A DNA stretch of 63,852 nt, filler included, from Cystobasidiomycetes sp. EMM_F5 (GCA_051047955.1; 12 parts of 12 records of this genome joined end to end with filler, not necessarily neighbours in it); one strand, 5' to 3'; shown: positions 1 through 12,589, counted from the first letter of the whole stretch. Numbers and translations are program-made. Notes: a model not told the origin generated them from the sequence alone.

Positions 1-167
1 TTGATCCTACTGGTCATTACGGACGCCCAGATGTATTTCAGCTCTTCTTCGATAACCGACCGCGTCAGCATGTGATGCCCGGTGCGCACGGGAAGCCCTT
101 TGGATCCGCGTGCATTGTTCGCAGGACGGGCACCGAGCTGTGGACGCCGGCTAGTGACACTTCCTAG
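1..167 (+). CDS. Nitrilase (carbon-nitrogen hydrolase) C-terminal fragment, 5'-truncated
   Basis: Frame from nt 3 reads DPTGHYGRPDVFQLFFDNRPRQHV... to TAG at 165-167; DPxGHYxRPD is the characteristic C-terminal motif of nitrilases/cyanide hydratases. Confidence 0.75.
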   Translation, partial: DPTGHYGRPDVFQLFFDNRPRQHVMPGAHGKPFGSACIVRRTGTELWTPASDTS

Positions 168-645
168 TCAGAGCGTGTTCGACACGTCTGTCTCCTTCTG
201 CGCGAGGAAGATTATCTAGAGGCATTCGCGTGCCACGCTATGAGGGCCAGTTGCTGTGTGCGCAAGTGATTTGGTAAGTCTGTGGGGACTCACCTTCCTT
301 GTCATGGCGGGTGTACACGCAATAGCCTGACGGGCAGATCGGAAGCAGATTTGCCGCAAATTACGTGTGTGTAGACGCGTATGTGCGAACATCATGTCTT
401 TACTTTACTTTACAAAGTTCGCATCGTTCCGGCGTGAAGTTGCTCTCGTTTCTTTGCTGTGGCTGGTACTATCTTCGAGACACGGATTTGTTTATCTATG
501 CGGCTTTTCCTTACATTGCCTCGCCCGAGACGTACAGCGCATACCGCTCATCTGGCGACTTGCTACAGTATACGGAGACAATGCGCGCAGCTCAGTCCTG
601 AATCTCGCCAATACTGTCATCTGCCTCTGACACCTACTGGCCGGA

Positions 646-3208
646 ATGGCGAGAACAGCGTGCGTGCAAGCAGTCGAAGCTTGAATCGACGGCATGGGCA
701 TTGCCGTCGAGCTGACAATTGGGTCATTCGCTCGCAACCTTGCGAATCCCGCTGCATCTCTGGCCTCATTCATGCCGCAGTTGTACGAATTGCCGAACGA
801 GCAAGGCGTGTCCCGCTCTCTGGCTTGAGAAACAGGCGCAACATCGCGCTGACGCCTTCTACACAGCTCAAATGTCTACCTCTGCCAGGCTCAGAAAATT
901 GTGATCGCAGCGCACTAGCTCAAGAAGCCTGTCTCCGATGCGTCAGATTTCACCTTCAGTGCCACTATGTCCCGAAGGAGAAGCCTGCCAGGTCAATGGG
1001 CCGGCCGTACGACCGGTAGGAGAGGTTATCAGAAGGCAGCAGAATACGTCGTAGGGCTAATACCCTACTGCGTTGCCACAGACTCGGACGCGCCAAACCT
1101 GGTAAGTAAATTACAAGAATGGCGCTGCACAACAAATGCCTTGCACTAAACAGCTGTATTATCTGCAGAGTCAGCACTCCAAGTTCAGCGCTCCGCATCG
1201 TTCGTGCCCAATCTGCCTGCCGAGATGCCGATGGCATCGATCCAAGCCACGCAAGGCGTTCCTGTTGACGTCGAAAGTAAGACTACCACCAGTCCGCAAG
1301 CTGATCACGTCCCAGTCGCCGTTCCGCCGACGGACATTGTGTCAGTAATGGCCGAGCTTCGGCGTGACATACGTACCAGCGGAGAGAGCCTCATCGGAGA
1401 AACGCGAGGCGTTGACGCATACCCCTACACCAACGGACCCAGTCTGGCATCGCTGTCTCGTTTCGACCCAATAAGAAACAATATTGTTACAATACAAGAG
1501 GGGGATGCCCTCCATCAAACGTATGTTTGGCGACTTCTTTCACAAACAGCCAGTCAAACTTACTTTCGCCTCCGCAGCTTCCTGACCCTGCACAATAGCT
1601 ACATTGCTTTATTAGATGAGCAATTACATACTTATGAGTATGTTCGATACAGATGCCCGAGTCTGCACATCGCTATTTTGACAGCCGTCGCCAAAACTGA
1701 GCATTTGCTCGCGTACGAGCGACTCCGAGATTTGAGAAATCTGCTATTCGGTCATGCCTTTACCGTCGGACAGGTCTCTGTCGAGCTCGCCCAGGCGCTA
1801 AGCATCGCATGCACTTGGCGAGATCCCGGTGACAGAATCTCTTGTCTATGGCTTGGTCATGCGATTCGGTACGTTCATATCAATACCGTCTGACTATTGG
1901 CACGAATAACTAGTTGATTGCCGGCAGCATTGGATACGAACTCGGTTTGCATCGCAAGCCATCAAGACCTTTACCTAGTGATGCCATTTGCGCAAGACAG
2001 GTGATAGTATATGTCTTTTTGCTCATTCTCGAGGAGCGCCTGTCTGATAGTCTGATATGCCAGAACGAGGAAAGAACGTGGCTCCAGTTATGCACATTTG
2101 AAAGGACGTAAGTCGATTGAAAACCCGCCTGTCGTAGAGCGGACGGTAATCTATGGCCGATCCTAGACTACAACACATGTTCAATCGTCCACAATCAACA
2201 GCTTCGCATGAAGTTTTTGACGCTGAAAATTGGCTGAACGATCATCAAAATGTCATCAGTAGCGCGGACGTCATGCTCACTGCCTCGCGAGGCGGAGGCC
2301 AGATTATGACCGATACGCGACTTGCTATTGGACATGCAAAAAATTGCAACTCCGATATGGTATTCTTTGAGGTGGCTCTGAAAAATATTCAGTCTGCTAT
2401 GGCCAAATGGGAGCAGGCTTGGATTGACGTTGAAAGTACGTGCAATCAGATCCGTACAAACTTTTGGTCTAAAGCAGGCTCTTGTCCGCACAGCTGACGA
2501 CCTACTGCTGCCACACTCTCGAGTCATGCTCCTTTTCTATGCTAAGGCCAATCGTTATCGGATAGAGGAATTGAGGTACATTCTAAGGCCGACGCCAACG
2601 TATGGCGATACGAATCTTCCCAATATGGTCAGCTTGGGCCATGATGTTCTTCGTTATGTTCTGGACAAGATCATGCCCTCTCGTTTGGTTTCGATCGCTC
2701 CGGACTTGCTATCGCTGCAATGCGCTGCTGTCGGATCGTGGCTAATTCAGGTGTGTGAAGGGGTATGGCATGTACGGACACTGCTGACTTCCGCAACAAA
2801 AGCACTGGCCTCTACTGCCGCATCTCGTGCGTTCGGAGACTATCACTCTCTTGACTCGGCTTCAAACGTTCTGCAAGCAACTCGCAGACGAGAGGGATGC
2901 TTTGTACCATCTGGGCTTTTTCCTTGCAGAGCTCTTGAGGATCGCCCAGGATCGATCCGTAGCGCCTTCAAGGGCTGCATCTCCGATCAATTGGCAGTCT
3001 GTCTCCATCCCGGCCGCAACTGACGAAATCCCAGATTACAATAAAGAAATTGAGGATCTCCTCCGTGTAACAAACGGGTGGTAAGCATAGCGTGTAAACG
3101 GAATATGAGCCGTCGCTAATTAGACGGATTCTCACTCCTCGCAGGTTTTCTGGCGAAATGACCTTATATCACAACAGCAGCAGCAGCGCATGGGATCCCT
3201 TCAGCTGA
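646..3208 (+). CDS. Zn(II)2Cys6 fungal transcription factor, multi-exon
   Basis: Spliced N-terminus MARTACTNCRTSKLKC-x18-CLRCVRFHLQC (introns 660-780 and 806-866). ORFs 1204-1893, 1914-2111, 2153-2497, 2424-3023 and 2827-3084 resemble a fungal TF middle homology region. Last exon ends at TGA 3206-3208. Confidence 0.75.
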
Positions 3209-3480
3209 CTACTACGATCAATCAATGCCTAGCCTTTCACGCACTGTTGGGTGGCGAGATTCGTTTGCATACGTTGCAGTCGACATTAGCGATTTTGTAC
3301 CGTACATAAAGCCGTCATCTGTTTCAGCGAATACCACTGGATCGCTACTGGTTATGGGAGCGTCTTCTCACGCCGTCCCTGAGATACAACGATCTGTTGG
3401 CAACAACTTGAGATGTGTCGCATGGCAAGCACATATGCCAGTACTAGTATTTACCGCGGCCTCGACGGGCTTAGCTGAAC

Positions 3481-5637
3481 CTAGAGAGTGTACCTGAACG
3501 CCGGCGATTGCTCGGCCATCTCCCTACCTGCTTCAATTTCCTCGGCTGTCAGGGGCCGACCACGCTGCTCAGCAGCCCTAGCCTTTGCACGGTTTTGCGC
3601 AGCGAAATACAACCATGCAAACCCGGCAATGGTCACCATAAGGACAAGGAATCCCATGGTTACGGCATGCCCCTTGACGAAGTTCGGACCGTCGGCTTTC
3701 GGATACAGAAAGGATGAACAGATACCACCAATATTGCCAAAGGAGATCATGATGGCGACCGCTACTGCCTGCTTTGTTGAGCCCACGGTGTTATTGCTGA
3801 TCCAGACAATGATCATTGGAATTGACCCGTACACTCCAGCGCAAGACAGAAAGACACCGAAATATTTGACACCGGGTTGAGACGCCCCCAGTAGCATGGC
3901 GTAGCCAATAATAGCTGCACTGCCGGAGTACATGATGAAAGGAGCTCGACGGCCGAACCTGTCCGAGAAGACACCATTCCCGATCACGATGAAGCACGCA
4001 AAGATGTCTTTCAAGTGTCGTTGTCAGTGCAGCTCAATATGTTTGAAAGAGACCGGCTCTCACACGGCGGTACGGTCAAGAGCTGAGCATTAGCAGCGCT
4101 GTAACCTAATTGGGTGATGATTGTTGGGGTGAAAACAGCTATACAATACCCCGGGGTGATTGCGCAAATATACACTGGTAAAAGTAGTCTAGTCAGTCTA
4201 GTCAATGTTGCACAGCAAGTTGGGAACTTGCTGCAGGAGTACATCCAGACTTTCCAGTCGAGGAAGGTGTAGTGAACATATCTTGCACCGGACGCCTGCG
4301 TTGCGACACTCCGTTCGATAGCCAGGTTGGCTAAGACGTGTTGACGCTCATCCTCCTTCAAAAACTTGGCTTTGGCAGGATAATCGTACATCACCCAGTA
4401 TGACCCGAGGCCGGCGACCACAGTGATCAGACCCTCAACGATAAAAATCCACCGCCTGTGAGTAGACCATCAAACACTGACTGCTCCGTTCCGCATAATT
4501 TAATAGTGTGCATACTCACCATCCAGCCTGACCAGCGGCCCCGTCCATGAGATTTATCAATCGTGCAAGCAATCCTATAGGACAAATTAGAGAATTGCTC
4601 TGACTCGACGAACATGTGCGGCACCTCCAAAAGCGCCTGCTGACGTCGTTGCGCAAAAGAAGACTGTGAAACGGCTGCCCATTTGCCTTTTTGTGTACCA
4701 TTGTTGCATATAGACTTTTCGTGTATTGCATCAGCATTTATCATTTTTGATGTCAATTGAAGTGTCCCCACACGTAGCTCCAGGGAGGTATCCTGCCTGT
4801 ACACACATTAAGTCAGTGGCATCTAAGTCGGTAACTTTGGTATGCAATACCTCGAAAACTCCAAGAAGCAAGCGTACAGGAATGAATCCCTCAAAGTTTT
4901 GCACCACGCCGTTGAAAATCACGACAATTCCCCACGCTACCACTATCCCACTGAGCCATATTCTGGGACTTGTTGCTTTGAGGAGGAGCTGTTGTGCAGC
5001 GTCGGCAAGAGTCAGACCAAAGCCGCTTTCAAGGATATGTGCAGGTAGGCCTCACGTTCGCGGGTACTTCGAAGAGTATCTGGATACGTGACCGACGAAG
5101 ACGAGCAAGAACTTTAGCCAAGACCGACTATGACTTCAAACGGAACGGACGTATCTGTTGAGAGATTTTGGAAAAAAGACGTTAGCTATGCGTGCAATAC
5201 GTACATGGTACGTTGAAGGCCTACGTAATGTAGAACATGGACAGAGCGATAGAGTACTGGGTATCTGTAAGCTTGAGCTGTGTCTGCAGACCGAAAATGT
5301 TTGCATTGCCAACGTTGGTGCGCTGTGATAGAGCCATTTAGAAACGGGCGCGAGGTATGGTTGTCCTGCAACGCACGTCAAGCTAGGTGTCCATTACTTC
5401 ATCAGCATATTCTCCATTATAACTACTCAGGTGCAATGCACTCACAAAGGACAAGAGATACAGGAATGCGAGCCACGGTACGATCCGGAGGTCAATCTTA
5501 CGGTACAGTGCTTTGCTGTTGACGACGTCCCCATGCGAATTATCGATGTCGTCGCTAAGAACGTGCGTACCGTTCTCGAGGTGGTCAGTACTCTGCTTTG
5601 AATCGCTCATAGGGTACTGCTGTTCGTGAGCCTCCAT
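3481..5637 (-). CDS. MFS transporter, Dal5/Tna1 (anion:cation symporter) family, multi-exon
   Basis: Exon ORFs contain LYRKIDLRIVPWLAFLYLLSF, FIPVRLLLGVFE, DYPAKAKFL, SDRFGRR, WISNNTVGSTKQAVA and terminal FRYTL. Confidence 0.9.
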
Positions 5638-6697
5638 ATTGCCAATTGGTCCGTGGTAGCGATACTCAAGGTATCAAGCGGTCAGTAGTATACGGATGAT
5701 ACCGATGTTACCAAGGATGGAAGCGAAGTGGAGTGGCCGCCTGATAGCCTACCCTGCTACATCTGAGCCGTCACCGGAAGACCATTTATGCGACTACTCC
5801 ATTGCATAGCTGCACCTGGGCAGCTGGGCACGGAGCTTTCTATGAGCGTAATAGTCCGGTGCTGTGGTTCCGGCGGGGCTGCGAAGATCCCCAAATCATG
5901 AGGGAGCCAGGGTTTCTGGAGAAAGTGCCTGCGGCAATTCGCCTGTGGGAATACGGCGAATTCGGGTTTGCGAATGCACCGGGTCCGGTACCGGTGGTTC
6001 AAATGCGCTGAGGAGCCGGATCGCGAACAGGCAACAATTAGCTCGGACGTCTGCGGACCGTAGTTTAGCGTGTGTCTGCGGATGTTGCGGCCGCGTTCCA
6101 GCACAGACCATCTAGTCAACTTACGCATGTCTAGCCTCGGTCTCGGCCCTTGCAAGCGGTGAGGCAAGTGCAATGCGCCAGCGCAAAATCCCGATGCAGC
6201 ATGATACAGTATGAGGTTGTCGAGCAGAGGTTCCTTCGATGCTTTGCCGTTCATGCGCGCTGAAGTCGAATCCGCATCCGACAGCAGAATAATGCGACCT
6301 GTCACTTGAGGGGCGACCAGCGCTGGCAGCAGCCAGCACTCTTGTGACGCGATTCTGCTGAAGCACTGTCTCATTCGCAGTCGCATTTGCATCCGAGGCC
6401 GAGCGCACCCCCACTCGAGGCCAAAAATGCGATGGTCGGTCAGCTGTGGTGCACTGGCCGTGAGCGTCAGCACTTCATACGAGATGGCACGGGAGCTCTG
6501 TGCATGCTGTTGCAAGCACGCTCGTTTTGCTCGCCTCCGTTGCAGATTGAAACTGACGATACTGACGTGTTGGGTCACCATGAGTGGCCGCTGCATTGTG
6601 GCCTCACGAGTCACTAAGGATCACGTAGTCGCTCGCGCGCACTTGCTGATGTTCATGCGCCAGGACGGCTTACATCGCTGTATACCTCATTGCAAAC

Positions 6698-6797
6698 NNN
6701 NNNNNNNNNNNNNNNNNNNNNNNNNNNNNNNNNNNNNNNNNTTAATTAATTAANNNNNNNNNNNNNNNNNNNNNNNNNNNNNNNNNNNNNNNNNNNN
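6698..6797. other. Artificial contig spacer (N44-TTAATTAATTAA-N44). Others at 13084-13183, 19234-19333, 24678-24777, 29961-30060, 35201-35300, 40424-40523, 45541-45640, 50402-50501, 55188-55287 and 59706-59805
   Basis: Identical 100-nt six-frame-stop linkers; composition changes abruptly at each; contigs are ordered by decreasing size. Confidence 0.99.
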
Positions 6798-7898
6798 ATG
6801 TTTCGATTATTTCTCCTGAGAAGGAATCGAAATGAATCTAAAAAGGAGAGATGATCGGAACGAATCTTTAAAAGATTCACCCGACCCATTTCATTTTCAG
6901 AGGCATTTCGATCCATTTAATTTTCAGAGGCATTTCGATTCCTTTGGGGACAAAATAATGAAAATAATCAAAACGAATCTTTCCTATAAAGCAGATTGTT
7001 TAACTTATTGCTGCTTTATCAAGCTTCTGAATCTTTATAAAATAAAGATTCAGGCGCTTGATAACTGTCTGAGGTTAATCCTTGATTTTAACCAATAAAA
7101 TAAGCTGCGAACTTGAGGAAAAAATCCTTTTTAGAAACATAAAAAGGAACTGGCAAAGGAAAATAGATTAGATTAATTTAAATGTAACAAGGATAACTAG
7201 AGCTGTAGAGATTTATCTCTAAGGAAGGTCTAAGATGAAACACAGCAGAACAGACTCTCAGAAGAACGGTAATATTACAGTAAATTAAAATCATAAGCTC
7301 CTTATTAGTCGAGATTAGGTCCATTGCGGAGGTTTTTAATGTGCATTCGCAAACGCGGTGAAGACGTCTATTTATTATTTGATTATATTTTTATATATTA
7401 AGATTTCTTCTAAATCTTCAGCTGATTCATTTCATTTTCATGTTTCGATTTCTTATTACTTTTTATGTTTCGATTATTTCTCCTGAGAAGAAATCGAAAT
7501 GAATCTGAAAAAGTAAATCGAAACATAAAGCACATTCTTTTTATTGGTTGAAATTGTGGCTGAGTTTGTGGAAGTTGTTGCTTTATCAAGCGTGTGAATC
7601 TTTATTTTATAAAGATTCAGAAGCTTGATAAAGCAACAATGTAATCTAAAATAGAACGGGCAATCAAAAAGGATCCGAATAAACGGAAAAAAAAGGGCTG
7701 TGAATGGCGCTTCTGGTTTTACGGAGCAAAAATTAAAGCAAGGGGACCGTATTAGGAATTACGATAAAATTAATAAGGCAAAGGATTCGAACATTACTCC
7801 TCTGCACATCAATAACCCTATTTACGTGTAGATTGAAAAATCAGGAGTTACAGTGAAGACCCCTTCTGATCCCTTCTCAAGCTCTGCTTGAGAAGGGA

Positions 7899-8090
7899 TC
7901 AGCTGAAGATTTAGAATAAATCTTCATATATAAGAATACATTTTCAGGGCCTTTTTCAGGGGCATTCTTTATTATTAATAAAGAACGGGCCCCTTTGTTG
8001 AATTTGCTGAGGTTATTGTTGAAGTTTATTCAACAAACTCAGCAACATATTCAACAAACTCAGCAACGAAAAACTAGAGCCCTGAAAACT
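7899..8090. repeat. ~190-bp mitochondrial repeat, inverted copy at 10693-10884; its 3' part recurs at the start of contig 55288
   Basis: tcagctgaagatttag...gagccctgaaaact is the near-perfect reverse complement of 10693-10884. Confidence 0.9.
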
Positions 8091-9360
8091 TGTATCTAAA
8101 ATGTGAATATTTACAATATTCAAGGTCCTGATTTTTTTTCAAATAATCACAACTTCTGCTGAGCCTCGCTCAGCAAGCACATGCTTTTTAGTTTGCATCC
8201 CCTTTATGATTATTTTTAAAATCCTCTTCATAAACTTGCAAATACAGTGAAGATACACCCGAATGATTATTTTTCGCATCTTGTTTAACAATCTGCTTTA
8301 TCAAAAATAGTTTGGTGTCTTCACTGTAGGTGTTTTTAACTTGTAGCAAAGATTTTTTTATAAAGCGTTAACTTTAGGTTTATAATTAATAGCACCCTGT
8401 ATATAGGACATCAGAATCTCAACCGTAAAAAGAGGATAAAAAGAGGATAAAAAAGCCTAAAGCGAGTGATTTACCAATACATTACGGTGAAAACTCTTGA
8501 ATATTTTTATAAAGCTTTAGAATAAATATTCACCCGATCCTTTTCATTCGCTGCTTGTTTTCATATTCATTTTTATTGGTTTGTGATTAACCTTTAGGTT
8601 AATCAGGTTGTTGCTGAGTTTGTTGGTGATTAATCTAAAGGTTAATCACAAGTTATCAAGCATCTTCGCAGCTCCGCTGCGAACGAATATTTATAAAATA
8701 AATCTTCGTTCGCTTTAATATTGACCATTGCTGAGGCCTTATCAAGCTCTGCTTGATAAGGCAGCAAGGGTCAATATTCTTGCGAATACGCAAGAATAAC
8801 CTTGATAACTTGTTGAAGTCCCTTCAACAAACTCAGCAAGTTATCAAGCGCCTGAATCTTTATTTTATAAAGATCCAGAAGCTTTATAAAGCAACCATTA
8901 AATCTAAAAAGTAATAAGAATCCGGCGATGCGAATGAAAATAATCGGAACCTATAATCAAATAACAAATATACGTCCTTAAAATTGTCTAATTTTCACAA
9001 CCTGGCACTTTTAAAGGTAAAACATTAAAATTAAATTCACTGTAAATCAGGCAATCGCTACTCGTGAAAAACGGTCTAGAGTATAATACACACAATTTGA
9101 CCTATAGTAATCTTGTTCCCCTAAACGGTATTTAGTAACAATAATCACTCATGTTTCGATTTACTTTTTCATATTCATTTCGATTTACTTTTTCATATTC
9201 ATTTCGATTTATTCTCAAGCTCTGCTTGAGAAGGAATCGAAACATGAAAATAATCGGAACATATAATAAAATAATAAATAGACGTCCTGAAAATTATCCT
9301 CTTTTCACAACCGGTGTTCGCTTTAATATTTACCATTGCTGAGGTCATTGTTTAAGTTAT

Positions 9361-9411
9361 TGCTTTATCAAGCTTATTCGCAGCGGAGCTGCGAATAAGC
9401 TTGATAAAGCA
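9361..9411. repeat. Representative dispersed mitochondrial palindrome (24-bp arms, GGA loop)
   Basis: tgctttatcaagcttattcgcagc-gga-gctgcgaataagcttgataaagca; related TTATCAAGC...GCTTGATAA elements occur throughout both mt contigs. Confidence 0.95.
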
Positions 9412-9587
9412 GCAAAGGTAAAAAGTATTGCGAATGCACATAAAAATCTAGTATTTACGTTGTTTTCTTTATTTTTTTTTTTAATAAAATAAAAAAAGGC
9501 GTCCAGAGATCAACTATTATTAGATAAAGCTGAATTTTTTAGAATTCCATTAATGTAATCTTTTCACAGTACAGCTTAAAATTAAAA

Positions 9588-9659
9588 GCCGATGTCGAAT
9601 ATTGGTTATTTCGTTACTCTCATAAAGTGAATAAAAAGGTTCGATTCCTTTCATCGGCT
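9588..9659 (+). tRNA. trnM: Mitochondrial tRNA, anticodon CAU (Met; could be a modified Ile2)
   Basis: Acceptor gccgatg/catcggc, anticodon arm ttact-ctCATaa-agtga, T arm aaagg-ttcgatt-ccttt. Confidence 0.9.
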
Positions 9660-11062
9660 TGTGTATAACCCAGCATGCTTATAATAACGGTTAATTCCTA
9701 ACTTTTTATTATTATTTATAAAGCATGTTGTTGACGCTTATTGCTTTATCAAGCGGAGCTTGATAAAGCAGCAAAGTCAACAACCTGATTAACATTAAGA
9801 TTAATCACAAACAATGTAATCGGAATAAAAGGAGCTGCGAATGGTTTCGTGGTTGAAATTTTTTCAACAAATAAAAATTATCCTGAGCTGCAAAATAAAG
9901 ACGCCATCAGTAATGTATAGGTAACGGGCGTATTTTTACACTTACAAATGACCAAAGAACCGTAAATATAAAGAGCAGATTGGTCTTTTTATCTGTTCCG
10001 CACTTCTATTATTTAGGCTAAATGATAGAAACCAGCGTGAGGGATTTAAAACCTTTTTTTTATTTGTATTTTTTTTGATTTTTTCTTATTTTTTCTTTTT
10101 TTCCTTAACATACCTATGTTGAAGTATTTCAGTACTGCATTTTTATGTTTTGAGTCATTATTTGGTTCTCAAAATAATCCCTCCAAAATAATCGCAAAAA
10201 GGGCATTGTTGGATGTTGTAGAAGTTATTGCTGGGGCTTTATCAAGCTTATTCGCAGCTCCGCTGCGAATAAGCTTGATAATGCCGCAATAACTTAAACA
10301 ATACCAACCACAAATCTTCATATATAAAAAAACATTAGACTTTAGAAACAACGTTCTGAAGATTGTTTTTATGTTTAGATTTATTAATTATTGATAATGA
10401 ATAAATCGAGTTATAAAGCTTCTGAATATTTATAAAATAAATATTCACATGCTTTATAAGTAAATCTAAATATGCCAAATTTTACCACTTCTGCTGAGCA
10501 AGCACATTAAAAGATCTAAGTAATAATGTTTTTAGATAATCTAAATATGCAAATTTTCACAAATTCTGCTGAGCAAGCACATTAAAAGATCTTTGTAATA
10601 ATGTTTTAGTGTGCATTCCTTTTTTAGGTACCCTAAAAACGGAACCCGGTTGTGAAAATTAGACAAGATTAAGTACGTATATTTATTGTTTGAGTTTTCA
10701 GGGCTCTAGTTTTTCGTTGCTGAGTTTGTTGAATATGTTGCTGAGTTTGTTGAATAAACTTCAACAATAACCTCAGCAAATTCAACAAAGGGGCCCGTTC
10801 TTTATTAATAATAAAGAATGCCCCTGAAAAAGGCCCTGAAAAGGGATTCTTATATATGAAGATTTCTTCTAAATCTTCAGCTGATTCATTTCATTTTCAT
10901 GTTTCGATTTCTTATTACTTTTTAGATTCCTTATCAAGCTTATTCGCTTTAATATTGACCTTTGGTCAATATTCTGGCGAATAAGCTTGATAAGGAGTCT
11001 GAAAATGAAATGGATCAGAAGGGGATGAATTTTGTGAATTCAACTTACCGTAATCCCTTTTT

Positions 11063-12160
11063 TTGTTAACAATAAGTAGAATTAAAAATGAGCAGCAACA
11101 AGTATATGGTATAGCCAATAACATAAACAACACTAAAAATAAAAATTTTAACCCTGATCACCTCGGTATTTTTAGGGATACCTTAAACCAGGCTGTGTTT
11201 ATGAATAAAAAATTTAATTTGTTCGATGCCTCTAAAAGCAAAACCATGCCGTGATTAGCTTACTTTAAAGCATATTTATCTCCATTTAAAGCACTGGTGG
11301 GAACACCAAAAACCAAAATATTACCTAACAAATTTATTGTAATAGTTCCTTATTATAAACCAGAAAGCATAGGGGCACTAACTAATCAAAATATTGTGAT
11401 GCTAGGTAAATCTCTGCATCAGATGACCGGACTTATAACTAAAATAAGTTATAAAGATAATGACCCTTTTATTGAAGATTTTTTTATAAATATTCACGTT
11501 CGCACGAAGAACCTTGATAAAGCAGCAAACGGAATGCGAAAGGGATTTATTGGCCATAAAAAGATTGAGGTGCGGTTGGTTCGACTACGTTATCCTTATT
11601 TAGATAGTTTAATTTTAGCTCAGTACCTAGCATTTAATGCTAATAAATACAATTTTACTCGTGTGCAAGAAACTTTGTTTAATCGTGTATCCATGGTACA
11701 AAGCGGATTTTCCTTAAATGACTTACCTGAATCGTCTTTAGTCGTTGATGTTTCTGATCGCAATCAGAAAGGGACTTTTGGTCCGGATTTAGATAAAAAC
11801 CCAGCTCTTCCCGGCAATAATGGGCAAGAGTCGGATAATAAATTACCGGTAAAACTACTGCCCTCTCTGTTAACGGGAGTAAGATTAGAGTTAGCAGGAC
11901 GGTTAGCCACAGAACGAAGTGTTCCTCGAAAAACGGTTAAAAATAGCTATACAGGTTCTTTAACTGTAAGCAATACTTTGAACTCGTGATTAGACAAAAA
12001 TAAATACGCATCTAAAAATAAAAAGGGTGCTTTTACAGTCAAAGTTTCGCTTGGTAATACGTGCACCCCTCAAAATTTTGACCCTAAAAAGTCTAAGTAC
12101 ATTAAAAACCCCTTATGATCCTTTTTGATTGAAAATCAAAAGGATCAGAACTTAAAATAA
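11063..12160 (+). CDS. rps3: Mitochondrial ribosomal protein S3 (code 4), start uncertain
   Basis: ORFs 11063-11254 and 11297-11989 are in one frame, joined if TGA=Trp, and continue to TAA 12158-12160. Motifs IEVRLVRLRYPYLDSLILAQYLA, LTGVRLELAGRL and KNKKGAFTVKV. Confidence 0.88.
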
Positions 12161-12589
12161 TCGATTTTTATCCGTTAGTATTAAGCTGGATCATAAACAA
12201 TAATAATCAGGCGCTTGTTTTTAGATTTATCTGAAAATAAGCTGCAAATGTGCTTGATGTTTCGATTTACTTTTTCAGATTCCTTATCAAGCATGTGAAT
12301 ATTTTTTTTATAAATATTCAGAAGCTTTATAACTCGATTCCTTATTTCTCCTTTTTAGATTATCTAAAAAAGATAAGGAATCGGAATGAGTATTCACTCT
12401 AGTTTGTGTTATTTTAACCCCCCTCACTTAACTTCACCAACGTTTTTTGTAGCTTATTATTATTATTTATGATCAGCTTTAAAATATTTTGGTTAGATTA
12501 AAACACATTAAATAAAAAATAAATAAAAAATAAAAATAATCGGATCTTTGAATGTATAAGTATCGATGTCAATATATAATATATTATAA

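Noticed and set aside
5757..6614. 285-aa minus-strand ORF upstream of the MFS gene
   Set aside because: No recognisable domain, Arg/Ser-rich composition, overlaps the probable promoter region.
7221..7290. AAGGAAGGTCTAAG resembling RNase P RNA CR-I (mitochondrial rnpB)
   Set aside because: No matching P4 partner (CR-V) found on this contig. An Infernal/RNAweasel search would be needed.
7770..7800. Minus-strand GTTCGAATCC as a tRNA T-arm
   Set aside because: No convincing T stem or cloverleaf can be built around it.
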